This document shows positions 25,101 through 39,634 of a DNA stretch of 64,000 nt, one piece after another (position 1 is the first letter of the stretch; each line of letters opens with the position of its first letter). The notes under the pieces were generated by a model. That model saw nothing but the letters and a program-made list of their open reading frames with translations, was not told where the DNA came from and ran no database searches. The stretch spans positions 2,061,860 through 2,125,859 of the forward strand of contig MU004231.1 of NCBI GenBank assembly GCA_010405405.1, in the 5' to 3' direction. A program made the translations under genes and the position numbers. The DNA comes from Microthyrium microscopicum. Its lineage: Eukaryota.

Positions 25101-26351
25101 GCGAAACGACACATGTGTGAGGTTAGTGGAAGACCGACGGGCGATTGGTTTCGACCCAACTGGTTCCTTGGTAGACCCAAGCTCATCTAATATTGCGATA
25201 GTCGAAGTTTGCAGCAACGCTGTGCCTGTATCTAGAAACACAACTCCACTATTACCGTAAAGTTCGAGGGAGTTACAGAGCAAGTTGGTGGCTGTCTTGA
25301 AGGTCACAACATAGTCATCGTCTTCGACCTTGGGATTACTGTATTCAGAGGCAGAGCTGTATTGAGAACTGGAGTCCTTAGCAACCTGTTCATGTACATC
25401 TAGAGAAGACTCTTTCTGAGGGACTGTCGTTTCCGAGTGCGCGGATGGTGCTTTAAGGTTGGAGGAGCTTCGGCGTGATCGGTTTTTCCTTCGTATTCGT
25501 TTTCGCCTAACACGATTCTCTGGGTCCACAAAAGCAGCGAGGCACATGTTCATCTGCTTAGAACGTTTAGCATCCTCCTTTTCTCGGAGACTTTCGAGGT
25601 GAGTCATGCAATTATCTGCCATATTGGCTAGAACTGTGGTTATCTTAGCATTATTTTATTTTGACAGTTTCAGAGTCTTACAAGAGATGCGAGAGGCCGA
25701 TATTGGTTCGCGGGCCTTGGTGTCCAGCGCAAATATAGAACCAATGGGAATTCCATTTTTGGTCATCAGTGGAACTCCACAGTAGTACCGAAAGAATGGC
25801 GCGTGGGTTACGAACTCCAAGGTGTTGAAGCGACTGTCTTGTTGTAAATCACAGACTTCGAAGTAGGCAGGTGACCCAGAACTAGCGGGCAAAGCCTGGA
25901 GAGTGTGTTCGCATAGCCGTCCAGCTTTAGGTACAGAGATGCACTAGATTCATTAGCCTTGACTTGTAAATATGAAGATATATTCCTTACCCCGGCCCAG
26001 ATGGCATCTTCAGGGTTGTCAGACTGAGTGCTAAAATTCGTTAGGACTTGGTCTTGTAATAGCAACAAAAGATGTGAATTCGTCGTACGTATCCTCCAAA
26101 TTCAGAGTCTTGGAACTCTCTGCAATAAAGTATTGTTCATCACGGTCTATCAGACTGACCATAGACCGGTCAGCATTTAGCCTCCATGCGACGAGTTGGG
26201 CATGAGCTCCAAGGACAGTATCTGGGGCGGTGGACTTGGTGACGGTGGACTGCGCGCCCGGGGGAACAAAGTATTTGTATAGCTCTCTGGAACGCTTGGT
26301 TGTGACCTCTGGCGATTCGAGGATCGACTCCATCCGCCCTACAGCCGCCAT
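22176..26351 (-). CDS. Hybrid sensor histidine kinase/response regulator with N-terminal GAF domain
   Basis: Multi-exon; GAF region (AQLVAWRLNADRSMVSLIDR..QYFIAE, PFFRYYCGVPL), H-box QKSDFIGS|ISHELRSPLHG, N-box MNVFGNALKYT, DTGQGI, GTGLGLSLV, receiver LLVDDNAVN..IIFMDITMP..IIALTG..KP. Confidence 0.95.
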
Positions 26352-27421
26352 GCGCCAACTGGGTGTACCCTATGGAATCCAGATTAGACGGGCGGTGGAT
26401 GTCGCAGGCTGTGAGATGGTATATTGAAGATCAATTGGAACACAGAATACAGGGGCGTGGAGGCGACGATGTATGCGGGCGGGCTAAACACCAAAAGACA
26501 GGACGACAAGGTTGGTGGTTGGTGACGAAAGAAGAGCGACAAAAGGAAGGAAGTGGAATGGCAGCAATTGACAGTTGGAGATGGAAGAGATGGATGGCTG
26601 GCAGGCGCACAATCAGGCAAAGATCAACGGGTATGCATGCTAAGATTGACTGGGAAGAAGAGCTTGGAAAACGATGGGGTTGTTACAGCACGTAGGGCCA
26701 TGATCCAGAAAGTATTGCGTCTTGCGTCTTGACCCACGGCTTCTTGAAAGATGTTTGAATCAAGAGACAAAAGGGTCTGTTTTCGGGAAGCCACACCCAA
26801 AATCCCAATGACGTCGCTAAAAAACTGGATACAAGACTGCGTGCGCCACCGGTCTCGATCTCTGAAACCTTGAGCACTTCTTCTAGGCCTGCACTCTATC
26901 TCGACGACAAGAGTCTAGATCTGGGTCTATATGGATGCCCGCAGAATATCGGCAGCAACCTCATTTCCAACCAACCTTTATAGACATCAAGATGTCCCTT
27001 GGCTAAGCGCTACAAGGGAGATATGTTGTGCCTGAACCCCGGAGACAACTCCGTAAATCGTGCGCGCTAGCTAGCGTGGCAACCACATCTCTGGATCTAA
27101 TCTTGAAACCAACCACCAAACTGAATTCTAAATTAGTATTCCTGTGAAAAAGGAAATCTTTCCGACATCCGATCAATTCACTGATTCTACTCGCAGTATT
27201 TCCATGCTATTTCCATGATCTACAACTCCCAGCTTTTGAGAACCGAAAAAAGGGTAAACATGATCACAATAGCCCAAAGAATACATCAAGTCAATCATAA
27301 CCATTATTATCCTATATGCATATCATCCCCCATCTACTACTATACAGCTAATCCCACATCTACATCCTCATCCGCCATATCATCCAACACAACACCCTCC
27401 TCCTCATCCAATACATAACCA

Positions 27422-30400
27422 CTACTTCGCAGCACCAGGCGCCGGCTTTCTATGCACCTGCCCAGCCTGTCCCTGCGAAGCCAGCGAAGGCTGTTGACCC
27501 TGTCCCCCAATCCCCATTGAAAACAACGCCTCACTAGGCCAATCATTTGCTTCATAAGTACTATCCCGATTAGCCACCCTCAATTGCGGCGCATCATTCC
27601 CTGGCAACTCAAATGCCAATGGACCTACACCGCCGATGCGGTCGCGCGAGCCGGGTCTACTAGATGGCTGGCTTCGCTGCGCTCGATTCGGGCTATTTGG
27701 TAAACTTGCGTTGGGCAGTCTTCCTTCTCGCCCTGCTGATTCGGTCAACATGCTGAGATATGGCTTGTTCGCGTACGAGGGTAGAGGAGGTGGATGGTCA
27801 AGGGCTGCTGAGTCCTCCATGGTGCCGTCGACGCGGGATGGGCCAGAGAAGTGCGCGTGTTGGCGAGAGGGAGGGAGTTGCGAAGGCGGTGGATGGGCAG
27901 GGGTATGGTGTGGTTCGTGGAAACCGCCGCGCATTTCGGCAATGGCGGCGGGTGGGAGGAGAGAGCCGGGGAGATTTGCGGCGGCCGTGGCGAGATGGTG
28001 GGAGGATGCGAGGTGTGGATTGTCGAGAGGGAAAGATTGTTGTTGGTTGTGTTCGCTGAATGGGCCGTGGGCATTGACGGGTGAGTAGCCGGTGCCGTAA
28101 CTGTCAGTGTCGGCGGAAAGTTCGTGGACGCGTAGACCGCCGCCGCCAACGGTCGTGCTAGTTCGTCGGGAAGCGGTGGGTGTTTCCTCTTCAATGGTCT
28201 GTTCTTGGGCGTCGGCGGGAAGTTCGGAGAGGAAAGAGTGCGAGGGATATGTCGCGGGTAGTTCAGCATGAAACTCATTTTGAGGGAGAATGGGATGTCC
28301 TTGGGCATCGACTAGCATATTATCGGACAGTTCTGCTGGGAAGGAGATTTGTGAGGCACGAGATCCATGCGAGGAATATGATGGGTGTGACATGTGTGCA
28401 GGAATGCCCTGCTGCTTCAATGATCCTGATCCAGGTTGTTGGCCGCTCGTTGAGAAGAGTGTTGAGCTGCTTATGCTTTGCCGAGCTGTACTACCTCTCC
28501 GCTTTGCTAAAGCACGCTCTTCTTCGCCACTCTCTCGAATTGCAAATTGGGCCATGGTTCGCATTCTACGAGTGACCCAACTAGCCAGAATTTTGCCGCG
28601 CTGTTTCTCGCCTAAGCGACTACGCGGAAAGTCGCCCTTCGAAACAAACGCTACGATATCGACGATGAAGTGATGATTGTTCAGAATGCTGTTGACGATA
28701 ACTGGGACAATTGATGCTAGGAAGTGTTTTCGATCAACCTCCGCGAGGACGACAACCAAGCCGCCAGCTTGGAAAACAGCACTAAACCAGTTAGAATAAT
28801 TGACAACTAGATGAGGTGAGAGAGCTTACCATCCGCCGTACACAATGTTACGATGACAGCGTTCAACGTTCTGTTCAATGTCGACCGGGAAATGGCAGAG
28901 ACCATTGACTTCAAAAGTCTCGCCAATACTTCCCAAGACGAACAAGACCTGCATATCCACCACGCCACCACTCGGCCCAATAGGTCGACTGACATTGTGA
29001 AGAAAGCCCAAATCTCCTGTTCGAACATACCGCACATTCGGATCACCATCCATGGTACGACCATTGAATCGTTCTGCATCAAGTGCGTCTTTGGAGCCAT
29101 AGAATGAGTGTACATTCGCTTCCGACTGTACCCAAATCTCACCATACTCGCCCACCAGACAAAGACGATTGGTCTCAGGGTTGACGATGCAGATTTGAGT
29201 TGAAACAGGAACCATACCAGAATCCTGGACAAGTAGAGCCTGAGGATCCGAGTCGGGATGTACTGGTACAATCAACCCACGTCGTAGCGAGTGCAAGTCC
29301 AGCCACAACTCAATTGGCTCAACACACATGTACGAGCGTGAACTGACCATGGGATTGAGGACATGTGAGTAAATAGTGTTGATAGCGGTTCGATCGAGTC
29401 TCGCCTGTGCAAAGTGCACACGCACCTTTTGGTACACATCCACTTTAGGTCGTCCTTCGGTAGTGATCATAAGATTCTTGAGTTCATGCAGAGGATTTGA
29501 CTTGCCAGCACCAAAAGCCATAGCGTGATCCAACATGTTACTCGTCGCATACGTATCCTTAATCTTGTATCGGGACAGCGTATGAAACAGGATATGTGGA
29601 TTTGCTGCAAAGTCAACAGGACTGACCATATATGTCGGACTGGCCAGATAAATACCCATCAAGCAGGTATGAATGAAGCCAAGTCCGATAGTTGATCGAA
29701 CACATCCTAGAATAGGACGCATTGAATTCATCTGACAGGTCTCTTTTTGGACTTTACAAAGCGCCATAATCGTGTCATGGCCTAGTTGGACTGCAATTCG
29801 TCTTTGATCGGGTGTCCAGTATATCCAGACAACTACTGGGTAGCCAGGTTGTACCCAAGTTGGTCTCATAGTAAAACCCAGTTCCCTACAGCCGTGGTTC
29901 TGCTTTGATGGCTTTGATGTGCTATACGCGTTTGGCATGTTGACGCGCAAAACATTGGCGGATGTCTTGAGATGTGTTTGGACCGTCTTTTGTTTGAGAA
30001 TAGCATCGACATCATGGTTGACAAGGATCACTTTGATCTTGAAATCTGCAATGATATGCAACAAGGCGGGAGCGTCTTCGTTGAGTCGGCCTCCATCAAC
30101 TGGTGCCATGGGAATAGCGACAATCCCAAGACAGAGGCAGGCGTGCAGCGCAAAGACAAAGTCCTCGGAGTGTGTATACATTAGTAGAACGTGGTCTCCG
30201 GGCAATAGCTTCAGCTTGTTCTTGAGATAAATAGCCACCGCAGCGACTTTTTGGTCAAATTTCTTCCAATTGATGCCTTTACCTTCTTTTCCACGAGAAT
30301 CGATCGTGCAATAGGCGAGCTCTTCAGCCTGCTTGGACACCCGCCATTGCAATAAATCATGAATGTTGGAAAAATTGTTGAGTGAAGTGGAAGTTCGATC

Positions 30401-33400
30401 ATCCATGACAACTTCGCGATAGTCGACGCCAGAATATTGCTTGTCACCCATAACGAGGAGCTGTTGTCGTCTCGAAGTTGCCAATGGTGACCAGATACTA
30501 CCGCCTGGATCGTCGCCAATGGGGAGATTCGTTACTGCTCGATCTACACCGAATTTGATATGGACACAGGCCAGTTGACCATTGTCAAACTCTTTTCTGC
30601 AAAGCATGTTTCCAATCTCCCGTCGACCATTTTTGATGATTCGTGGTAATCTATTCGGCTCCGTGAGCATCACGCAATAGACTCGTAAACCATGATCTTG
30701 GTAAAGAACGTCCATAACTCTTTCTGATAACGAGTCCAGTAATGGAATGTCCAATTGTCGAGGTGGTCCACCGGCGGTTGTAGGCGATGTGGAAGCCAGC
30801 TGACTTTCGAGAAGTACAATCGGCAAGTATTCGCCATTGATATGAGAATCAAACGCAGAGCTGCATCATTAGCAATAAAAACGATCAAATCAGAAATGAA
30901 CTTACCAGTCGTAAATCTTTAGCACCTTCTTCATGATACTACCGACAAGGTGCTGGACAAAGAAGTACCTATGATCCTCTGTCATCGCGCCCATCGTTCC
31001 ATCCATCATTGGTACTTCCACTCTTTGGCGTATGCGATCCTCATACAATCCCAGGACGAATACCTTGCCTTCCACTACGCACCCAAGAAGGCCAGTCCGC
31101 AAGAACTCTGGTTCTACGAGTATCGGGTTCGGATCACCCTCCGCGAATCTGAATGGCCGCGCATGAAATATCGTCTCTGTATGTTTTGGCAGAGCCCAGA
31201 AACCACCCGAAAGTGACGGTGAATCCACCCAAATCTCGCCAATGGTGTATGGCGCAACCAGCAAATTCGTCTCCGGATTGACGACCGCAAGCGTCGCGTC
31301 TGGAATTGGAAATCCAAACCCCCCCACGCGCATGGTGCCAGGCTCGTTGGACCGTTTAGCAGCCTCATCGCCCATAGCCAAGATTTGGACTTCATTGAGT
31401 TTGAGCGCTTCCTTGTTGACCAGGATCTCTGACAATTCAGTACGATTCTTCGGCTTTGAGTCTTTCTTGACCTTGGCACCACCAATCAAACTGCTGTAGC
31501 CATTGCTGGGCTCTTCCGGCTCTTCAGTCTCTTCTTCCTCTTCTGGCTCGTGTTTGCTCAGCGGACAGCCCATGCGCTCTTCACCACCCAGCCAGTCACG
31601 GACAGATATAATCATACCGCCGTGTTCAGGCAGACAAAGCATTGGCGCGACAAGTTCACGCGCCCATTGATTCCGTAACGGTCGGAGCCAGCGGTCAGCC
31701 AGGACTTCATGGAATTCGCAATTAATGGTTAAGGTGTCGATCAGACATATCCGCAAGGTAGAAAAATTGGGTTCCGTATTCTTTTTGAAATTTCGCGTTG
31801 CCATTGGCTCGGTTTGGTAGTTATAGACAGCCTTCATTAGGCCCGGGTAATCTGCCACCATGACAGTCGTCTTGTATTTGGTGATTAGATGCGCATAGAG
31901 ACCTTCCACGTCGACGGTGCTAGAGTTCATCCAGACAGTTGTGTGACCGCCATAAACACCAAGTAAGACACCCAATATCAGTCCGACACCTTCCCGGGGA
32001 TCCAGGTAGCTAACAATGGTCTCGACTCCCGACTTTGACTTTCGTGGACCTCTGCGTTCCGCCGGAACACTTGAAAGTATGGCCTGGACGCATGCCATCT
32101 GGTGCAGAATAGTTCTATGGCTTAGGACCACACCACGCAAATCTCCAGTAGGTGCTCTTGAGAACTCGATATAAGCGATATCCGGCGCGGGAAGATCCTG
32201 TCCTGCATCCCGCTTCTTCGGGTGGCTACCAAACTCGTTCGTCTTCCACCACTCTACACCCGTCGGCCATTTCTGTCCGCGAGTCTGAATGTCCCGTTGC
32301 AATTTCTTGAGGTTCTCCTCTGTTGTGAGCGCCAGGTGAGCCTGTGTGGTGTTTAGCAGCAGCTTCAGCTTGGCCAGATCGCCGTCCACTCCATTCATTG
32401 GCACGGCTACTACTCCAGCCAAAAAGCAGCCCAGTAAAGCCACAGCAAAGTCGATGATCTCCACATCGCGATATACGAGAGCCACTCGGTCGCCACGATA
32501 CAGATTGCTCTTGTCCTTTATGACTTGCGCGACCTTTTCTGCCCGAGCTGCGAGCTTCTCCCATGTGATAGACGCCAGCTCCTTGCCTTTATTGTCCAGC
32601 ACCCAATATGCTGGCTGCCTCGGATTCGTCTTTCCACGATGTTTGAGAATGGCGCCAATGCTATCGAACTTGGCCATAGGGACTTTAGTGTCATGAGGAT
32701 CGAATATCTCAAATGGCACATGTCTCGGGTCCAGCGGTAAATTGCTCTCAATCATTCCTCCAGACATGCCCACATCAGTGAGCATCGGAGGCGCCATATT
32801 CGCGCTAGGCGAAAAAGCATCCGAATATCTACTAGGTCCTCCTCCATAGCTATCGCGATCCGTCATTTGCTGGCCCGCGAAATCAGAAAAATAGTTCTGT
32901 TGCGAATCCAGCATAGTGCTCATTCTACTGCTCTCTGGATCATCTTCATAACTATTCGCCTGATTTGGCGGGTTGAACCTATAGTCCGCGCTCACCATTG
33001 TACTGCTTCTTGTGGGGTCGTAGTCGCCTTCCGGTCCCGGCGGCCGTAGTCCTTGGTTCGAGCCCATGGACGGGTGTCGCATGCCGCCAAGTTGCTGTTC
33101 TTGGAAGCGGGAGACATGGCTAGGAGGGTGCATTTGGCCGTAGCCATAGGCCGGCTGCCCTTGAGGCGGAGAGGTTGCGCGAGGATCCAGACTGGCGGAG
33201 GCTTGTGAGGAATCGGCGGAGGCGTAGGATTCGCGGTGTTGGAGGGAGCGTTGTAGTTGTTCGAGTTGTTCGGGGCTCATGTATTGGGATATGAGCATAG
33301 TACGGCGTTTTTCATAGCTGCAGTTGAGGAGATCAGGTTAGCCCAAGTCCAGCGCGCAAAGTTATGGTTGGGAACACGTTTAAAGGGGAGGGAACCAGGT

Positions 33401-33616
33401 TCATGGGAGTCGGGGTATTGGAGCTTATTACCCTTTTCTTGTGATATCGCCTTCCTGTTTGATCAGCGGGTTAGCATCGCTTCAAAATTACAGAAGATTC
33501 CGCACGGCGCAACAAGATGGAGATTTGGTGGAGGAGCCACAGCGGAGTAAGCTTACCTCGAATTCATGATCAAGCTCCCTCAACTTCGCATTCAGGTCCG
33601 GATTGTTGGCTGCCAT
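27422..33616 (-). CDS. CPS1: CPS1/DIP2-like protein (DMAP1-binding N-terminus plus two acyl-CoA-ligase-like AMP-binding domains)
   Basis: N-terminus MAANNPDLNAKLRELDHEFE|EGDITRKG (23-nt exon 33454-33432)|YEKRRT; IAYIEFSRAPTGDLRGVVLSHRTI, FLRTGLLG, YWTPDQRRIAVQLGH, YVRTGDLGFLH, FPRSRLGEKQRGKILASWVTR; long low-complexity tail. Confidence 0.92.
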
Positions 33617-35261
33617 CGCGCCGGCATGGGATCTTTGATGCCCTTGCGCAATTCGCAGGGTTTGTTAATCCTTCCGCGGCCTGCAGCTGGAGAGTAGACG
33701 AGACGAAACAAAGTTACGAAACGCAGCGGTATTTCGTGTCCCGGTCAACTATCGTCGATCGTATGCTCATAGACGATCTTTTCTCGAATGTTGTAAAGAT
33801 GCTTCGAACCAGAAATAACGATTGTGAGTGGAGAGTGTTGGTGAGAGCGGCTGATGAAGGGAGGGAGGGGGTCTTTGATTGTTGACGCGGTGGCCGATGG
33901 ACTGCGGACGATCAATAATGGAGCAGAAGAGATGGAAGCGCTCAGACTGGCAGCTGAAGATGAGATGATGGTATGACAAAGGCTTTGGGCAGGAAAATTG
34001 TAGATTGTGCAACAAAGGAGGTGTAATTTGAAGCAAGGCGGGAAAGTGTAGATGTTGTGGCAGGTGTTGGTTTCAGCAGTCTTGGGATTGAGCAAGTGTC
34101 TTTTAGAGAGCGTCCAAGCAACAGGAGGGAGTTGGAACTGTGAGAGTCAAAAGAGTCAAAAGCATGTGAGGTCTTTCAACAATGCAAGGTGGCGGCGGAC
34201 AATTATCAAGTGGAGACTGGTCTGTTTATTAAGCTAATGCAAACTATTACTACACGAGCTTCTTTTATTCTTCTTGTTGTCCTGAATTCTGACTTCTGCA
34301 GAACCATTCCATTGAGAGACTGACTGGCTGTGTGCCAACCGTGCCAACTTTGCCTACTCCTCCATTGACACCCCTACCAGCAAAAGCCTGAAATACGAAG
34401 TTACAGAAATATCAAGATATATCTTAGAACTCCCGGCCGCCTGTCAGTGCCATGTGGTCATTCAATACCCACGCGCTGCATCTCATTGTGGCCCTGAACC
34501 CAACGTCATGGCCAATTTGCACATGGCCAATGCTGTGGACGGGCTTGTCAAAATGAATGGCACGCTCCCATCGCATGCGATGTCTACCATCGCAGCTTAT
34601 AAAGAGCATACTATCTGACACCCATCCTATTCCATGCTCTACATTCTACAACCTTCTCCGCTCATTCGAAGGTAGCGGATGGGAGTCAAAGAAGAGAAGA
34701 TCCTATTTCTTTTCGTCACCAGTTGAGCGTCTTCCAACTTTGCTCCACATCCAGGATTCCAAAGGACCATCCCAGCCGCTTCTGATACTGTTGGCTTGCT
34801 TATTACTTGGTTCCTCGTATTTAACCATAGCAGACAGTTGCGCACACATATAGACAGGTTGACAGGCATACTTGCATTTGTATTTGCTGTAAGCCATCTA
34901 CTACTCCTCGTAACAAGTATACACAGTACCCATTGCGTTTTTGTATCCGCCCTCATAAAGACATACTCCTCATCATCAATGGATTAGCAATCCGATATAT
35001 GCATGTAATCCCCAAAAATGCACAACAAAAAAGCCGCCAATGCCAAAACTGCTGCCCCCATAAATGACGATCATGCACAGCCGCCGCCATTATCATCATA
35101 TTCCCATGGGAAGATATCAAGGAGAGGCACCAGAATGCAGGGAACATAGGAAAAAGGAAACGATAGAGTTTGCGGGGTATTAACAAAAATGAGAGAGCCA
35201 TGATTTGGAAAGGGAACCTGATCATATACACAATAACACACATCAACAAGTCCCCAGCAAA

Positions 35262-36855
35262 TCAAGCCGGCACTTTCGACTCGCGTCTAAACATGGAGAT
35301 CAATGATTTTCGTTTGCTCATTTTCGGCGTCGGTTTCTCGTCTGGAATCGCTGGCGGAGGCGGTATCACCGTAGCGGGCACAGTTTGCACTACGACTGGA
35401 AAGAGCCCTGGTGCTGCATTAGCCATACTCTTGCTCGACGAAGGGCGCGAGTGGTTGGTATATCCAGCCTTTGGTTTTGGGAATGGTTGAAGGCTTTGCC
35501 GGCTCGATGTGTGTTGATGTGCAAATGAAGACTGACCATGCGATTTGTTGGTGTCGGAGAGTTTGAGGGACGCTTCGTTTAGGAGATTACCGGTAGAGTC
35601 ATTAAGCTTGGTGGAAGGATATAGAGAAGGGGGTGCATTGCGTACTCGTTGCTCCTTGTATGGCTGGCCTTTGGATAAGTATTTCGGGCTAGGGATTTCG
35701 GGGGTCGAGGAATGGGTGGAGCGTTCGTCAACGTCCTCCATCATGTTTTTAGGGGGGTGGAGGCTGACTCTGCGCTGTTTGGGCTTTTGTTCTTCAGCGC
35801 CGGTCGTGGTGGAGGACTTGCGGCTGCCAAAGATGGACATTTTGCGCTTCTCCTTCTCGGGAGGAGAAGACATGGTGTCACCGTTCGCTTCAATCGTGGA
35901 TTTTCGAGCGGAAACCGACTTGCGTTTGGCATTGGAAATGGCCTTTCGAAGACCACCGCTGTTCTGATCTTCAAGCTTGTCAATCTCTCCAGAGACGGTA
36001 CGTCCATTGGTAGCGAGGCAATCTTCCCGGATAGGTGAGAATTTCACAACACCCCGATCTGGAGTAACACCTAAAACCTCTGATAAAAATGCTTGCGTGA
36101 GAGCAGAGTTGCGTTTGTTAGTGGCTGCTTGGCAATGTGCTTCTACAGCTGACATGTTGAGAAAATACGCAGGTTCAAATGTTCCACCGTACATCAAACA
36201 TGCAGAGTGTGTAATGGTTATCATGACTGAGGCCTCAGGTCGCTGATATCGTAGCGCAATATGGCTCGATAAGTCGGTAACAAGCGAGTACTCGTCCTTG
36301 ATCTTGGACATGTTAGCCTCTCCTGCCATCTATTGATTCTTTACACTTTCTTACAATGACATTAGTCCGTAGCTCAGCAATAACGGGAGACTCGTGTCGA
36401 GCTTGATCGGTTGTATGATGGTCCCACCCATCTTTGTATGAGAACTGATCGTCAAAGTACAGAGTCTTTCGTCTTCCGGGATCTTGTTGTTGTGCTAATG
36501 GTGGTGCTTGTACGACAGACTTCTTCCTCATCTCTTTCATACTCTTTGAGCTTTTAACGCTCTTACCACTTTGCGAGGTCTCCCAATCTGGATGTTGAAC
36601 GCTTCCCCCAGGCGATAGAGGAATGTTGGGACCAGAGCTTCTCGGTGAAGCTGGTTCTGAGGGATCACCAAAGTGAAATCCGGAAATTGCTGGTGACATT
36701 GGTGCTTGTGAACTCGGTCGCGAGCTGTGGTGAGAAGGTAAAACTAGGGATTTTGGAACTTTGCGGCCATTGTCGATTGAGGAAGGTCCAGTTGTATCTG
36801 CGGTCAGAACATCGGATCCTGTAGTTGATGTTGATGCTTTAGCTATGTGAGGCAT
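35262..36855 (-). CDS. MIF/tautomerase-domain protein with disordered N- and C-termini
   Basis: ESPVIAELRTNVI|IKDEYSLVTDLSSHIALRYQRPEASVMITITHSACLMYGGTFEPAY..NKRNSALTQAFLSEVLGVTPDRGVVKF..LATNGRTV; one intron near 36350-36305. Confidence 0.85.
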
Positions 36856-39634
36856 TGTTGACGATATGGTCGAGGCTTAGCTGAACTTGAAGGGAGGAGG
36901 AGGCTTTTGAATGATGGAATGCAATGTGACCAGCAAACTAACAAGCCTCAAAGTCCAAAACCAGTTTGAGGCTTCTGAGCTTGCAAGGCTAGAACGGTGA
37001 ATTCGTGGGACCGTGAACACGGCTCGCTGGTCCTAATGTGGCGTTATTAGGCTGAATATTTCACAACGCTTGCGATTGAAGCGCAATCAGAGCCTAGAGC
37101 ACCCCGTGCGCGTGCATTCAAGGTGTTAGTATCGTATGCTGTAAAAGATGAACAGATATGAAGAGAAACCGGTCATGAATGGACAATGAAGATGTTGTAA
37201 CGCAGTAGATAAATCAAAAGGCAATCCAGGAGAAGATATGACAGATCTAAAAGGTTCAGGTTGTTGGATCAAGATTCAATGGTTTGCTTGCAAGTTGGGA
37301 CGCTCAAAGCTGGAATTTTGGCGTCAGAGGCGGGCAAGTGGAGACTCCAAAAGCAGTCGAGGCGTATGTTACCCACCCGCGCACCTGGGGAAGGGCCGAA
37401 GGAGACTTGAGACTTGACTCCTTAAGATCGAGACGGATCTTGAATCTTGATGGCAGGATCAACGCAACCTTTGGCAACCACGAGCTCTGCAACGAACCAG
37501 CAGCATGGATAGCGGATAGCATGAGTAGTGGACCAAATGCTTTGATGGATGCCGTGGATGCTTGGATTTGATACCACTGACTATCCCCAACGCGGGCTGT
37601 CCGTTGCTATCTACTGGGCCCGGTGCGGATCGTAGGCACGATGAGTTGGGTTCCAGATCCAATCCCAGAGTAGTAGGCAGGAGCTTGATCTTGATATTGA
37701 TCTTGAGCTTGAGGGTGCCTTAGCAGCGATCCCTGAGACTCCCAACTTCTACTCCTCTCAACTTGTAAGATAGCGTCAGGGATGCGCCGTGAAAGGACAA
37801 CAAGCAAACATCTGAAGGCTGGCTCGAGTTTGCAACCAGACCAAATGTTGGCTTGCTCCAATATATTATTTATCTGGGTCAGCAGTGTCAGGTATTCTCC
37901 AATGGCCATATAACGAGCATGGGAATCACCCCAGACTCCGTAAAGCTTGAATACAGCAATGGTCTGTGTGGCTTGTGTTACAGGACAACAGGGGGAACTC
38001 GCAATATCAGAACAAGCATTACAAACCTATCGTGCCTATCAAAGTCCCAAAGCAGCTGTGGTTCCCAAAATGCGAATTTCAAAGTCAGCTTCTCCAAGCC
38101 TCTCCAGGGGATTAATGGAGAGTCTTGTCAAATCTTGGTAGCTCCGTTCCCGCTACTATCCTTACCCCTGATCCCGGAGCCACAGATCATGATTCCTGAT
38201 ACCACCCACCATGATCTTCCCTTGCATCTTCTATCCATTATCCATATTAAAAGTTGGGATAAGCAATCGCCTACGGTATGTGCTCGTGCTCACTGCACAG
38301 CCATCAAGCAAGTTCCAATGGAGAGGGTCGGCAGCTGAGATCCTGAATTTTGTGAGATTATAGTCGAACTCCAGCGAAGTGGGTAACCCCTTCGGTATAT
38401 TTCAAGCTTACCAAATAACTAAGAGCTTATAAGGCTAACGTTACTTATAAAGGAAACGCTAATCCACTTCCCGTCCGGAACCAGATATAAAATTCGACTA
38501 TAATCTTATATTCCGACATTTGACGCTAATGTAATACATTAGCGCCTAATGTCAGAATTTTGTCGGAGTATAAAACACCCAATGAAGGCAAGATCCGAGC
38601 CTGACGGATACAGGACGAGCTGAATGCCGACCCTCTCCAATCAAGTTCGAAGTACCTAAAGCTTAAGAAGCAGCTTCGACTTATCTTGGCAGCAAGAAGT
38701 GTCGTTTATCGATTTCGCAAAACACTGCGAAATATGACATTCCCAATCGTCCCCTGGTTCTTATCTTTCAAGGCTTGATGGTACAGATGGATGAACCCGT
38801 GAAAGGTTGACAGCATGGTTCCACCCCACGGAGAAGCAACAGGGCGTCACGTGGCGTAAGGAAGTGTCACGCTTGCCCAGTCGGCACAAGATCACTTATT
38901 ATTTATGCCCTCCGCTCAACTCTACATGTACATACTGCAATCCAGTTTGACAGTTTGTCTGATAGAACGCGATCCGTGATCCGCGACCTTTTAACAAGCG
39001 ACGTGATCAATTCTGGGGCCAGCGGCCAGCCCCTGCGTTCGCAAAGCCTAGCGTTGCGTTCCTGCATGACACTATACGCAATTCAGCCCAAAAGTGCCTC
39101 TTTTCAAGCCTCACTTTTAACGACGCTCTAACTCGTACATTGAAAGAGTTGACCGAATGAATGCCTTAAAGCCTGACTCCTTACTAGCTACCTATTGAGA
39201 CCAGTGCTTGGGAGTGTCTTCGCGCTTTATCGGGGGATAGAATCGTCTATATTGTGAGAGAGAAGCTCCTGTTCATGTCTGAAAAGAACCAAACCTTTCT
39301 TTAAGACTGGATTGGATAGATAGTAGTTACAGTAGAGAAGGTAAAGTCAAAAGACCGATCAATTGATTGATGGCCGAGGATCCGCCGACGTGCCTTCCTC
39401 TTCTCTCCAAGAAATGACCTGCCAACCTCAGTGAGTCAGTGCATCAAAGCAATTCAGCAAACATCTACTCCGCGCGCAGGACAAGCTCACGAATATACGA
39501 ATTGTTACCATCAAATAGCATCATCTACTCCCGCAGTCAGCGGCAGGCTATCTCCGCCTTTTCATCTCCCTCCAACACTCGTGGCGACTGGGTCTCATAC
39601 TCTCACCGCTGTCTTCGACATTTTGATAACAGTC

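Noticed and set aside
22636..36246. Many long antisense ORFs opposite the kinase, CPS1 and MIF genes
   Set aside because: Shadow ORFs expected opposite GC-rich coding sequence
36943..36974. 10-bp stem hairpin AAGCCTCAAA..TTTGAGGCTT upstream of the MIF-domain gene
   Set aside because: Short enough to arise by chance; no TSD or other support
36856..39600. ORFs 37284-38338 and a TTGATC-like hexamer run at ~37681-37713 in a long intergenic region
   Set aside because: No recognisable domain, mostly non-ATG starts, no coherent exon chain
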